A stretch of DNA of 64,000 nt, taken from an uncultured Chlorobiota bacterium (lineage in GTDB: Bacteria; Bacteroidota; Bacteroidia; Bacteroidales; JAADGE01). Under the pieces are notes generated by a model. It saw nothing but the letters and a program-made list of their open reading frames with translations. It had not been told where the DNA came from and did not search any database. Positions 30,469 through 39,469 of this stretch are shown piece after piece. Position 1 is the first letter of the stretch; every line of letters begins with the position of its first letter. The stretch lies in the NCBI GenBank assembly GCA_947311445.1, contig CAMZKV010000008.1, forward strand, positions 5,145 through 69,144, in the 5' to 3' direction. The position numbers and the translations under genes are program-made.

Positions 30469-31197
30469 TTAAAAATTTAAATTTCGAATATCTAATAAAA
30501 CATCTCTGAAACTATCATAATTTTGGATTATTTTTAAAAGATTAATTGCAGTTTCTTCCGGACTTGAAAGTTTGTTGTTTTTCTTTAAATCAACAAACTT
30601 TTTAAGTTCAGAAAAATCATTAACAGAAGATGTTCTAATTTGATTCTGCATAGCCGTATCAACAACACCTGGAGCAACAGAAAATATGTTAATTCTATTC
30701 AATTTAGGGTAAAAAGATTGTTCAAGATTTATATTTTCACTAAACATATCTAATGCAGATTTGGATGCACAATAAACACTCCACGCATCAATAGTATGCC
30801 TTCCTGCTCCGGAACTAACATTTAATATTATTCGTTTGTTTGTGTAAGGTTGATATTTTTTAATAAAATTATTTATTAAAATACTTGGAGAAAGAATATT
30901 CACATTATAATCATTAATTATTTCTGTGGTTTTTAACTTTCCAACTCTTTTTATTTTAGAAATAACTCCCGAATTATTGATTAAAATAATATCACTTGCA
31001 TTTTCAATGTTAGGAAAAAATATACTTTCAGTATCTTCTAAATTAGATAAGTCTGTTGTTATATGATTATAGTTTTTATGATTTAATGTGTTTTTTCTGG
31101 AAATGCCAATAACTTTATTGTTTTCGTCTTTAAGAAGTTCTTCTGCCAAAGATTTTCCAATTCCTTTGCTTGTGCCTGTAATAAAATAATGTTTCAT
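30469..31197 (-). CDS. short-chain dehydrogenase/reductase (SDR)
   Basis: TGTSKGIGK, NNSG, YCASKSAL (YxxxK), APGVVDT. Confidence 0.8.
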   Translation of the reverse strand: MKHYFITGTSKGIGKSLAEELLKDENNKVIGISRKNTLNHKNYNHITTDLSNLEDTESIFFPNIENASDIILINNSGVISKIKRVGKLKTTEIINDYNVNILSPSILINNFIKKYQPYTNKRIILNVSSGAGRHTIDAWSVYCASKSALDMFSENINLEQSFYPKLNRINIFSVAPGVVDTAMQNQIRTSSVNDFSELKKFVDLKKNNKLSSPEETAINLLKIIQNYDSFRDVLLDIRNLNF

Positions 31198-31367
31198 GTT
31201 TCTAAAAAAGTTAAAAATTTGAAAGTGAAAAGTGAAAAGTTAATTTACACTTGTAATTTTTTAAGCACTGCACATAGGAACACTTGTTTTTTCTGCAAGT
31301 AATATGTGCGCAGGCTGATAGTCATGTCCTTGGGTGTAAAAATATTTGTTGTGGGAGTTTTGCATAG
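31198..31367 (-). repeat. conserved upstream module, copy A
   Basis: The minus strand reads ctatgcaaaactcccacaacaaatatttttacacccaaggacatgactatcagcctgcgcacatattacttgcagaaaaaacaagtgttcctatgtgcag...aaattaacttttcacttttcactttcaaatttttaacttttttagaaacATG. Confidence 0.75.
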
Positions 31368-31567
31368 CTGAGCCTTTGGGTTCAAGAGTCTAATTTGTTG
31401 GGCTTAATTTGTTGCCGAAATGTTTGACTTTATAATAGCTGGGTTTTGGTTTTAAAAAAACGACAAATATAACACAATTTATAGGGCAATTTAATATTTT
31501 TACAAAAAGGATTGCTTGGTTAAATAGTTTTTGCGAATCTATGAGACAAATACTATTTAGTTTTTAT

Positions 31568-32632
31568 CTAAAATTTGTCTCTAATCCATTTAGGGCCAAT
31601 GATTGCTCCGGCAATTAGATATGGATAGTATGTGAAAAGTCGCCAAACAAACGCTGTTATAATTGCAATACCGGCAACTTTGGGCATAAAATCATTTAAA
31701 TATTCTGAAAAAACATATTCAGAAAAACCACTCCCGCCCGGAGTTGGACTTACAAGCATCATAACCCACATAACCAATTGCTTTGCAAAAAGCAGAAAGT
31801 GGCTGTTTTTCATTGCAAAAAAAGCAACAAACATTGCATTTACAACCCAGTATCTTGATGTCCACGAAATAAATGTTGCACCAATAGCTTTTGCCCAAAA
31901 TCCAAAAGATTTCTTTTTAAATTCTTTTGAGTTATTTATTATATCTAACCCTGCTCTTCTTGCGGCTTTTCGCCAACGCCTTAGAAATTTTATTCCAAAA
32001 ATTGCAAGAATTGTTTTTTTTATAATAACAGGGTTTATAAATAAACCGTAGCTCAAAAAAAGATTGTATGCAAGTTTAATAATGTATCCAATAACAGCAA
32101 AATAAAAGAATTGGTTTGCAAAGTTAAGTCCTGTTGTATCGCCTATTGTAAAAAGAGTTTCCGGGCCCACGGCAAAAACCATTAACGGAAACATAATAAT
32201 AAAATAAAGTTCATCTAAAAAAGATGTTGCCATAACTATTGCAGCACTTTTTCCTACACTTATTCCTTCTTTATGAACAAATATAACAGCAACACTTGTT
32301 CCTCCAATTGCAGAAGGGGAAACTGCAGAAGCAAACTCCCAAAGCATTATTATTTTGAATGCTTGTTTCCATGATATTTTGTTTTCACTCAACACTTTAA
32401 GCCGGGTGATGTAGCCAAAGTCTCGTAATAACATAAATACAGTAGCGAAAAACAAAAAAAGAACAGTTATTGCAGAAAAGTTAATTGCATTAAACGAAAT
32501 GTCTTTATTTCTAATCTGAAAGTAAAGCATTGCAAACACAACAATTAATCCTAAAGCAACCGGAATTATGATTTTTCTAGGACTAATTTGTTTTTGGAGA
32601 TTTTCCTTTTTTTTTAGTTCTGTTTTCGACAT
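31568..32632 (-). CDS. polytopic membrane protein, flippase-like (UPF0104 / lysyl-PG synthase TM-region family)
   Basis: About 8 TM helices with a PTPGGSGFSEY motif typical of the flippase-like domain family. Adjacent to polysaccharide genes. Confidence 0.55.
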   Translation of the reverse strand: MSKTELKKKENLQKQISPRKIIIPVALGLIVVFAMLYFQIRNKDISFNAINFSAITVLFLFFATVFMLLRDFGYITRLKVLSENKISWKQAFKIIMLWEFASAVSPSAIGGTSVAVIFVHKEGISVGKSAAIVMATSFLDELYFIIMFPLMVFAVGPETLFTIGDTTGLNFANQFFYFAVIGYIIKLAYNLFLSYGLFINPVIIKKTILAIFGIKFLRRWRKAARRAGLDIINNSKEFKKKSFGFWAKAIGATFISWTSRYWVVNAMFVAFFAMKNSHFLLFAKQLVMWVMMLVSPTPGGSGFSEYVFSEYLNDFMPKVAGIAIITAFVWRLFTYYPYLIAGAIIGPKWIRDKF

Positions 32633-32637
32633 AGGTT

Positions 32638-34512
32638 TTATTTGTCAATGCTTTCGTATATTGAATTTTTGCTAAGAAATTCCGGAATAAAAGCTTTCAT
32701 TAGTTTAACTATCTCAAAATTGTCTGAATTTTTCATAACAGAAATGATTTTTTCTGTTTGTTTTATTACCTCGTCTTTTTTGTACACTCTAGTTTGGGCA
32801 ATCATAATTTTTTTATGTGTTGTAGGTTTCGTGTTTTCCATATCGGCAAGCAGTTCTTCGTATAGTTTTTCTCCGGGACGCAAACCTGTAAATTTTAGAT
32901 TTATGTCTTTTCCAAGTTTTAAGCCGGAAAGTTTAACCATTTTTTTAGCAAGATCCACAATTTTAACTGATTTTCCCATGTCAAAAATATATATTTCACC
33001 ACCTTTTCCAATTGCACCTGCCTGTAGAACAAGTTGACATGCTTCGGGAATTGTCATAAAAAACCTTGTAATTTCCGGGTGTGTAATTGTTACAGGACCC
33101 CCTTCTTCTATTTGTTGTTTGAAACGAGGAATTACAGAACCGTTTGAGCCTAAAACATTTCCAAAGCGAGTTGTAATAAAAGTTGTGTGGTTATTTTGAA
33201 GAGTCTGAATGTATATTTCTGCAATTCTTTTGGACGCACCCATGATATTTGTAGGGTTTACGGCTTTATCAGTGGAAATCATAACAAATTTTTTAACTTT
33301 AAATTCTACTGACTTATTTGCAATAATTTTTGTTCCAAGTATATTTGTTCTTACAGCTTCCGAAGGGTTATTTTCCATCATTGGAACGTGTTTATATGCT
33401 GCTGCATGGTATACAATATCAGGTTTAAAAGTTTTAAAAGTTTTATGAACCCTAATTTCATTTGTAATGTCTCCTATAACAATTTCAAAGTTTGGAAAGT
33501 TCATTTTTTCTTTTAAACTAAGTTCTAAGTTATACAATGGAGATTCTGCTTGGTCGAAAATAATAATTTTTTTAGGTCTAAATTTTGTGAGCTGAAAAAC
33601 AATTTCACTTCCTATTGAACCGGCAGCACCTGTAACTAAAACTACTTTATTAAGAACATCTTTTTTAATTTTATCTTCGTCAAGTTTTATTGGAGTTCTT
33701 TCCAGTAGGTCTTCAATATTTATTTTTCTTATTTGCTTATAACTTAATTCTCCGTTTATCCAGTTTTGTACGTCAGGAAGTGTAAGAACATTTATATCTT
33801 CGTTAAAACAAATATCAATTATTTCTTGTTTTTTTGTTGGCGAAATATTTTTGTCGGCAATTATCATTTCTGATATGTCATTTTTTTTTAGAAAAGCTTT
33901 TAAATTACTGGAATTGTGAAACTTAATACCATCTATTCTTTTTTTATTGCCAGTGTCAAAAGGGTCTATAAATGCAACTACATTATAATTTATTTCTTCG
34001 TCTTGCATTAAAACTCTTTTGGTTGTAATTGCATTTTCATTTGTGCCAAGAATAAGGATGTTTTTTTCTTCTTTAAGAATATTATTTGCTTCTGCATAAG
34101 CCGTTTTAACAAAAAACCGGAAACTTGTCATTAAGAATATACTTACAAAATAATCTATAAGAATAATTGAAAATGGAATGATGTAGTTTATATTAAAAAA
34201 ATAATAAACAATATAATTTATTGTAATATAAATGATTGTTGAGTAGGTAATAACAAGAATAATTCTAATAGCATCTTTTGTTCCTGTGTAGCGTATAATT
34301 CCTGTGTATGAGCGAGTTATGAGAAATAGAGAAAGACGAATAAAAAGAACATATAAAATAACATATTGTATTGTTCTAAAATATTCATCATTTAAATTAA
34401 AATTAAAACGTAATAAAAAAGCAAAAACAATAGATGCAACAGAAATTATTAAGTCAATACTTAAGATTATCCATCTTGGAGTGTTCTTGGGAAGAGAAAG
34501 ATGTTTTAACAT
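32638..34512 (-). CDS. membrane-anchored nucleotide-sugar 4,6-dehydratase (CapD/PglF/WbpM family)
   Basis: Four N-terminal TM helices, VTGAAGSIGSE Rossmann motif, HAAAYKHVP, STDKAVNPTN.MGASKR. Confidence 0.85.
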   Translation of the reverse strand: MLKHLSLPKNTPRWIILSIDLIISVASIVFAFLLRFNFNLNDEYFRTIQYVILYVLFIRLSLFLITRSYTGIIRYTGTKDAIRIILVITYSTIIYITINYIVYYFFNINYIIPFSIILIDYFVSIFLMTSFRFFVKTAYAEANNILKEEKNILILGTNENAITTKRVLMQDEEINYNVVAFIDPFDTGNKKRIDGIKFHNSSNLKAFLKKNDISEMIIADKNISPTKKQEIIDICFNEDINVLTLPDVQNWINGELSYKQIRKINIEDLLERTPIKLDEDKIKKDVLNKVVLVTGAAGSIGSEIVFQLTKFRPKKIIIFDQAESPLYNLELSLKEKMNFPNFEIVIGDITNEIRVHKTFKTFKPDIVYHAAAYKHVPMMENNPSEAVRTNILGTKIIANKSVEFKVKKFVMISTDKAVNPTNIMGASKRIAEIYIQTLQNNHTTFITTRFGNVLGSNGSVIPRFKQQIEEGGPVTITHPEITRFFMTIPEACQLVLQAGAIGKGGEIYIFDMGKSVKIVDLAKKMVKLSGLKLGKDINLKFTGLRPGEKLYEELLADMENTKPTTHKKIMIAQTRVYKKDEVIKQTEKIISVMKNSDNFEIVKLMKAFIPEFLSKNSIYESIDK

Positions 34513-34522
34513 TTCTGTTTTT

Positions 34523-35086
34523 TTAATTTCTAATAATTTGTACCTCTCCGTTTATGCCAATTTTTATTATGCTAGACGGCTTTGGTAAATTTGTTTTTTC
34601 TTGATTGAAATTTACGATATAATCAACATTTTTTTTAATTTCTTCTGAAATTTGTGAAAATATTAGAGGAGTTTGTTCTCCTGAAATATTTGCTGAAGTT
34701 GAAACAATTGGTTTTTTAAATTTTTGAAGTAGTTTTGAGCTAAATTCTTCTTTTGTTATTCTTATTCCAATGCTTCCGTCTTCTGCAATTAAATTATCTG
34801 GTAAATTTTTAGCATTGGGGAATATTATTGTAGTTGGTTTATCTGAAATTTCGGCAATTTCTATTGCAACATCCGGCACATTTTCAACATAAGAATATAT
34901 TCTTCCGGTATTGTTGAGTAAAATAAGCATACTTTTACTATTCTTACTTTTTTTTATTTTAAGAACTTTTTTTATTGCTTCTTTATTTGTTGCATCGCAA
35001 CCGATTCCCCAAATAGTATCAGTAGGGTAGAGAATAATACCTCCTTTTTGGAGAATTTCTATTGCTTTGTTTATGTCTTCTTGCAT
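34523..35086 (-). CDS. tsaC: L-threonylcarbamoyladenylate synthase (YrdC/TsaC family)
   Basis: 187 aa; YPTDTIWGIGCDA, SMLI, STSANISG blocks. Confidence 0.8.
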   Translation of the reverse strand: MQEDINKAIEILQKGGIILYPTDTIWGIGCDATNKEAIKKVLKIKKSKNSKSMLILLNNTGRIYSYVENVPDVAIEIAEISDKPTTIIFPNAKNLPDNLIAEDGSIGIRITKEEFSSKLLQKFKKPIVSTSANISGEQTPLIFSQISEEIKKNVDYIVNFNQEKTNLPKPSSIIKIGINGEVQIIRN

Positions 35087-35087
35087 T

Positions 35088-36203
35088 TTATTTTAAATAA
35101 GTATTCATTAAATTAGTTGCAATTTTTTCTTCATTAAATTTTTGAACAAATTCAAATCCTTCTGAAATCATTTTATCTTTTAATTTTTTATCAGAAAGAA
35201 TGCTTTTTATTGCCTTACTTAATTCTTCAACATTGTTTGGTTCAACATAAATTGACGAAAACCCCCCTGTTTCACTAAAAACACCACCTTTTGTTGTTAT
35301 TACAGGAACTTTTGAGTATAGAGCTTCAATTATTGGTATTCCAAAGCCCTCAAAAACAGATGGATATATAAATATTTCTGCTTGTTGGTATATTCCCGGC
35401 AAATCTTCAAAAGGAATGTTGTTGTAGATAAAAAGCATATCTTCTAAATTGTTTTCAGAAGCAAAACTTGTTAGTTTTTCTTGATATTCTGTTTGTTTTC
35501 CAATAACAATAAGGGGAGTTTTTATTTTTCCGTGTTTAATTGCTTTTAAAATAAAAAGACTGTTTTTTCTTTCCTCAATTGTTCCAACATTGAGAATAAA
35601 ATTTTCAGGAAGATTATATTTTTGGGCTAATTCAATTTTCTTTTTTGTATTAACATCTTTTTGAAACTTGGAATTGCACCCCTGGTATACAACTTCAATT
35701 TTTGTTTCATCAATTTCAAGAAAGTTTATAATGTCTGTTTTTGTTTGTTCGCTAATGGCTATAACTGTGTCGGCAATTTCACAGGCATATTTTGCTTTTT
35801 GATAATATATTTTTCGGTCAACAGAATTGTATAGTTTTGGGAATCTTAAAAATATTAAATCATGAATTGTAACAATAAGTTTCGCATTTGATTTTTTGTG
35901 TGCATTGTTGGGAAGCTCACCACTTAAGCCATGATAAATGTCTAATTTTTGTTCATTAATTTTATTGGCAATTCTAAATGTTCGCCAATAAGATTTAAAA
36001 AGTTTACTTAAAAAGCGTTTTGGTTCGTATATTTTTACTTTTTCCGGGATATTAAATTTTATCGAATCTTTGGTTGACGGTGTGTACAAAAGATACTTGT
36101 GTGCCGGATAATATTTAGTTAGAAGTTCTATTGTGCTTCTACTATAGTTACCTAAACCGCTTGAATTAAAAAAAGCTCGTTTTGCATCAAATCCTATCTT
36201 CAT
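35088..36203 (-). CDS. glycosyltransferase family 4 (GT-B)
   Basis: C-terminal EGFGIPIIEAL (E-x7-E region) and the overall 370-aa GT1/GT4 layout. Confidence 0.8.
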   Translation of the reverse strand: MKIGFDAKRAFFNSSGLGNYSRSTIELLTKYYPAHKYLLYTPSTKDSIKFNIPEKVKIYEPKRFLSKLFKSYWRTFRIANKINEQKLDIYHGLSGELPNNAHKKSNAKLIVTIHDLIFLRFPKLYNSVDRKIYYQKAKYACEIADTVIAISEQTKTDIINFLEIDETKIEVVYQGCNSKFQKDVNTKKKIELAQKYNLPENFILNVGTIEERKNSLFILKAIKHGKIKTPLIVIGKQTEYQEKLTSFASENNLEDMLFIYNNIPFEDLPGIYQQAEIFIYPSVFEGFGIPIIEALYSKVPVITTKGGVFSETGGFSSIYVEPNNVEELSKAIKSILSDKKLKDKMISEGFEFVQKFNEEKIATNLMNTYLK

Positions 36204-36240
36204 TTATTTATTTTTACTTAACAAAAGGTTTTGGACATTT

Positions 36241-37059
36241 TTATGCTGTAACATTATATTCTCTAAGAGCATCGTTTAAAGATGTTTTTAAATCTGTTGA
36301 TGCTTTTCTTTTTCCAATAATTAATGCTGCCGGTACTTGGAATTTTCCTGCAGGAAATTCTTTTGTATATGACCCGGGAATTACGACAGAACGTTCCGGG
36401 ACTTTTCCTCTGTATATAGTTGGTTTGCTTTCTGTTACGTCAATAATTTTTGTTGATTTTGTAATTGAAACACCAGCTCCAAGAACAGCTTCTTTTTGGA
36501 TTCTAACGCCTTCTACAACTATGCAACGAGAACCAATAAAACAACCATCTTCTATAATAACCGGAGCAGCTTGAACCGGTTCTAAAACACCTCCGATACC
36601 AACCCCTCCGCTTAAATGTACGTTTTTTCCAATTTGTGCACAAGAACCAACAGTTGCCCATGTGTCAACCATTGTGCCTTCGTCTATATAGGCTCCAATG
36701 TTCACATAAGAAGGCATTAAAATAACACCTTTCGAAATGTATGCACCATATCTGGCAACTGCATGGGGAACAACTCTTATCCCAAGTTTTTCATAACCGC
36801 TTTTTAAGGGTATTTTATCATGAAATTCTAACTCTCCTGCTTTTAGAGTTTCCATTTTTTGAATTGGGAAATATAACAAAACTGCTTTTTTTACAGAATT
36901 ATTTACTGTCCAAATATTATTGTTTTTTTCTGCAACTCTAAGTTTGCCTTTGTCAATTGCTTCAATAACTTCTCTTATTGCTTCTTTTGTTTTTGATTCT
37001 TGAAGAAGCTCTTTGTTCTCCCAAGCCTTGTCAATTATTTTAAATATATCTTCGTACAT
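36241..37059 (-). CDS. dapD: 2,3,4,5-tetrahydropyridine-2,6-dicarboxylate N-succinyltransferase
   Basis: 272 aa with a DapD-type N-terminal helical domain (KGKLRVAEK) and left-handed hexapeptide repeats (GAYIDEGTMVDTWATVGSCAQIGKNVHLSGGVGIGG). Confidence 0.85.
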   Translation of the reverse strand: MYEDIFKIIDKAWENKELLQESKTKEAIREVIEAIDKGKLRVAEKNNNIWTVNNSVKKAVLLYFPIQKMETLKAGELEFHDKIPLKSGYEKLGIRVVPHAVARYGAYISKGVILMPSYVNIGAYIDEGTMVDTWATVGSCAQIGKNVHLSGGVGIGGVLEPVQAAPVIIEDGCFIGSRCIVVEGVRIQKEAVLGAGVSITKSTKIIDVTESKPTIYRGKVPERSVVIPGSYTKEFPAGKFQVPAALIIGKRKASTDLKTSLNDALREYNVTA

Positions 37060-37098
37060 TAAATTATTTTTTGTAAAAATATAAAAGTTTTTTAATAA

Positions 37099-38865
37099 TT
37101 AGTCTTTGCTTGATTTAATTACTTTTATAACTTTATTGTTCTCATATTTAGCTTTGTATATTAGTTTTCCTTCCTTATCATATCTTTTCAATAAACCATT
37201 TATTTTTCCGTTTTTGTATTCTGCTTCTTTTTGTATTGTTCCGTATGGATACCAAGATTTAGATTTTCCGTTTCTTTTGCCGCCTTTAAAAACATCTTCT
37301 TTAATTTTTACTTGCCTGGGAGAGTATACAGACCAGACACCATCTTTTCTTCCCATATTATAATTGCCGGAGATGCTTATTTTCCCATTAGGGTGGTAAG
37401 TTTCATATTTTCCGTGATATATTCCTTCTTTAAAAGATTCTGTTTTTTCTTTTGTTCCGCCAGGATTCCAATATATGCAAGTTCCGGACTTTATGTTTTT
37501 TGAATAATTTAATGAATATTTTTGATTGCCGTTAGGGTAGTAAGCAACCCAATTACCGTGCATTTTTCCGTTGAGAAAATTTCCTGTCATTTCGGTTTTT
37601 CCATTTTCAAAATATGAAGTCCAAGGTCCTTCTTCTTTTCCGTTTTTATAGTTTCCAGAATAATAAATCTGTCCATTTTCATAATAAACTTCCCATTTTC
37701 CATCTTTTTTATCATTTGAAAAATTGCCTTTTTTCCAAATAGACTTATCTGGATACCAATATGTCCATAAGCCTGTCATTTTTCCTTCCTTGTAATTTCC
37801 TTCATTCCCTTTTATTGTTACTTTGTTGTTTGTTTGAAAATAAGTCCACAGCCCGTGCATTTTATTATTGTGAAATGTTCCGAAAATGTCTTTGGTTTTA
37901 TCTTTGTTATACCATTTTGCAATTCCTTCTTTTTGTCCTTTTTTGTAGTTTATTTCTGATTTTAGGTTCTTGTTTTTGTAATAAGACAGGTGCTTTCCTT
38001 CTTTCTTATCGTTTTTATACTTTCCTTTTGTTTTTATATTACCGTTAGGGTACCAATATGTCCATACACCTTCTTTTTTAGAGTTTTTCACTTTTCCAAG
38101 CATTTGTTTTTGCCCAGTTCTGTAGTAAGAAATATTTTCCCCGTTTTCATAATTAATTTCGCTTTCTAATTGGCTGTTTTTATACCATGAAAGCCATTTA
38201 TTTATTTTTTTACCGACTTTATATTCTCCTTTTGTATATATTTTACCATCATCAAAATATTCAAGCCAAATTGAGTCTTTATAACCGGACAAGTACTTTC
38301 CTTCTTCTTTTTTTGTTTTATTCTCGTAAAAAGACACTAAATATCCGTTTCCATTTTCAACAAGAGTGTCTTCTTTCTGATTTTTAAAAACTAAAAGTTT
38401 AGAAGATTTATTTTTATACAGTTTTTTTGATTTTAATTTGCCGTTTATATAGAAAGAGTCCCAAATACTGTCTTTTTCTCCTTTGTTATATTTTCCGGTG
38501 ATCTTTAATGCTCCATCTCTGAACCACTCTTTATATATTCCAGAACTTACACCTTTGTATATGCAGCCTTCATTTTGTTTTTTTCCATTATCATAAAAAT
38601 ATGTTACAATACCATTTATTTCGCCATTATGAAAATTTGTTTCTCGTATTAACTTCCCTTTTTTATCCCAAAACTTCCATATTCCTTCTTCTTTTTCAAA
38701 TTTCCAAGCACCTTCACTTTGTTTTTTGTCTTTTTTTTCATCCCAATAAAAAGTTTTTATTTCTTGTGCAAATGCAGTATAATCAACGAAAATAAAAGTT
38801 GCGAGTAAAACTATTTTAAAATATTTCATTTTTATAAAGATTTTTGTTTTAATTTTAGATGTCAA
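37099..38865 (-). CDS. large secreted MORN-variant repeat protein (YwqK-like family)
   Basis: About 20 repeats of G-x-W-x-x-(W/Y)Y-x-NG-x-K pattern. The signal peptide starts at the internal ATG at 38829 (MKYFKIVLLATFIF), which may be the true start. Confidence 0.6.
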   Translation of the reverse strand: MTSKIKTKIFIKMKYFKIVLLATFIFVDYTAFAQEIKTFYWDEKKDKKQSEGAWKFEKEEGIWKFWDKKGKLIRETNFHNGEINGIVTYFYDNGKKQNEGCIYKGVSSGIYKEWFRDGALKITGKYNKGEKDSIWDSFYINGKLKSKKLYKNKSSKLLVFKNQKEDTLVENGNGYLVSFYENKTKKEEGKYLSGYKDSIWLEYFDDGKIYTKGEYKVGKKINKWLSWYKNSQLESEINYENGENISYYRTGQKQMLGKVKNSKKEGVWTYWYPNGNIKTKGKYKNDKKEGKHLSYYKNKNLKSEINYKKGQKEGIAKWYNKDKTKDIFGTFHNNKMHGLWTYFQTNNKVTIKGNEGNYKEGKMTGLWTYWYPDKSIWKKGNFSNDKKDGKWEVYYENGQIYYSGNYKNGKEEGPWTSYFENGKTEMTGNFLNGKMHGNWVAYYPNGNQKYSLNYSKNIKSGTCIYWNPGGTKEKTESFKEGIYHGKYETYHPNGKISISGNYNMGRKDGVWSVYSPRQVKIKEDVFKGGKRNGKSKSWYPYGTIQKEAEYKNGKINGLLKRYDKEGKLIYKAKYENNKVIKVIKSSKD

Positions 38866-38920
38866 ATTTAGTTTGATTTTTTTAATTTATTATTAATTTT
38901 TTTATATCTCTTTTATTTGA

Positions 38921-39469
38921 ATGCAAAAACAAACAAAAAAATATTGGATAAGATTTATAATCAGTGGGACTCTTGCATTTATTGTAATATATTTATTTTA
39001 TACCGTTGCCCGTGAAAATGAAGCTATTGATAAATGGTATAATGACATATCTGATGAATTTGCAAAAATTCTATTGGCAGGCTCAAAGTTTATAACTGAA
39101 CTTTTTGGTTTTGAGGTTACAACTTTTGGGAAATCTATACGTATTGTTGATGATTTTAAGGCTTCCAACATATTCTTAGACAGAGGTTGTATGGGAAGAA
39201 ATGTAATATTAGGATATATTGTTTTAATTTTGGTTTTTCCTGGAAAATTTATTCACAAATTATGGTATATTCCTCTGGGAGCATTAATTATAATTTTTGT
39301 AAATATGCTTAGAATTTCCGGTTTAGCAATTACTTCGTATTGTTGCCCTGAATATAGTGATATAAACCACTATGTAATTTTTCAAATAGCAGCTTATATT
39401 GTAATATTTATTCTTTGGATAATTTGGTTTAATAGATTTAGCCCTTTTGTAAAAAATAAAAATGATTAG
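38921..39469 (+). CDS. xrtF: exosortase family protein, XrtF-like
   Basis: 182 aa with about 5 TM helices. Candidate Cys/Arg/His triad in DRGCMGRNV, NMLRISGLA and NHYVIFQ. The C-terminal ILWIIWFNRFS resembles my recollection of XrtF sequences. Confidence 0.5.
   Translation: MQKQTKKYWIRFIISGTLAFIVIYLFYTVARENEAIDKWYNDISDEFAKILLAGSKFITELFGFEVTTFGKSIRIVDDFKASNIFLDRGCMGRNVILGYIVLILVFPGKFIHKLWYIPLGALIIIFVNMLRISGLAITSYCCPEYSDINHYVIFQIAAYIVIFILWIIWFNRFSPFVKNKND

Noticed and set aside
31221-31240. Short tandem repeat gtgaaaa-gtgaaaa
   Set aside because: It has only about 2.5 units and corresponds to the A/T-rich tail of module copy A (acttttcacttttcac), which aligns with a non-repeated equivalent in copy E. 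It is not an independent repeat locus.
36182-36574. Many 60-155-aa ORFs antisense to or overlapping long genes, e.g. 36182..36574, 31632..32051, 32642..33037, 46195..46662, 27473..27823, 37106..38795
   Set aside because: These are shadow ORFs opposite well-supported genes in AT-rich DNA. Their compositions are F/L/I/K-rich low complexity and no motifs are present.
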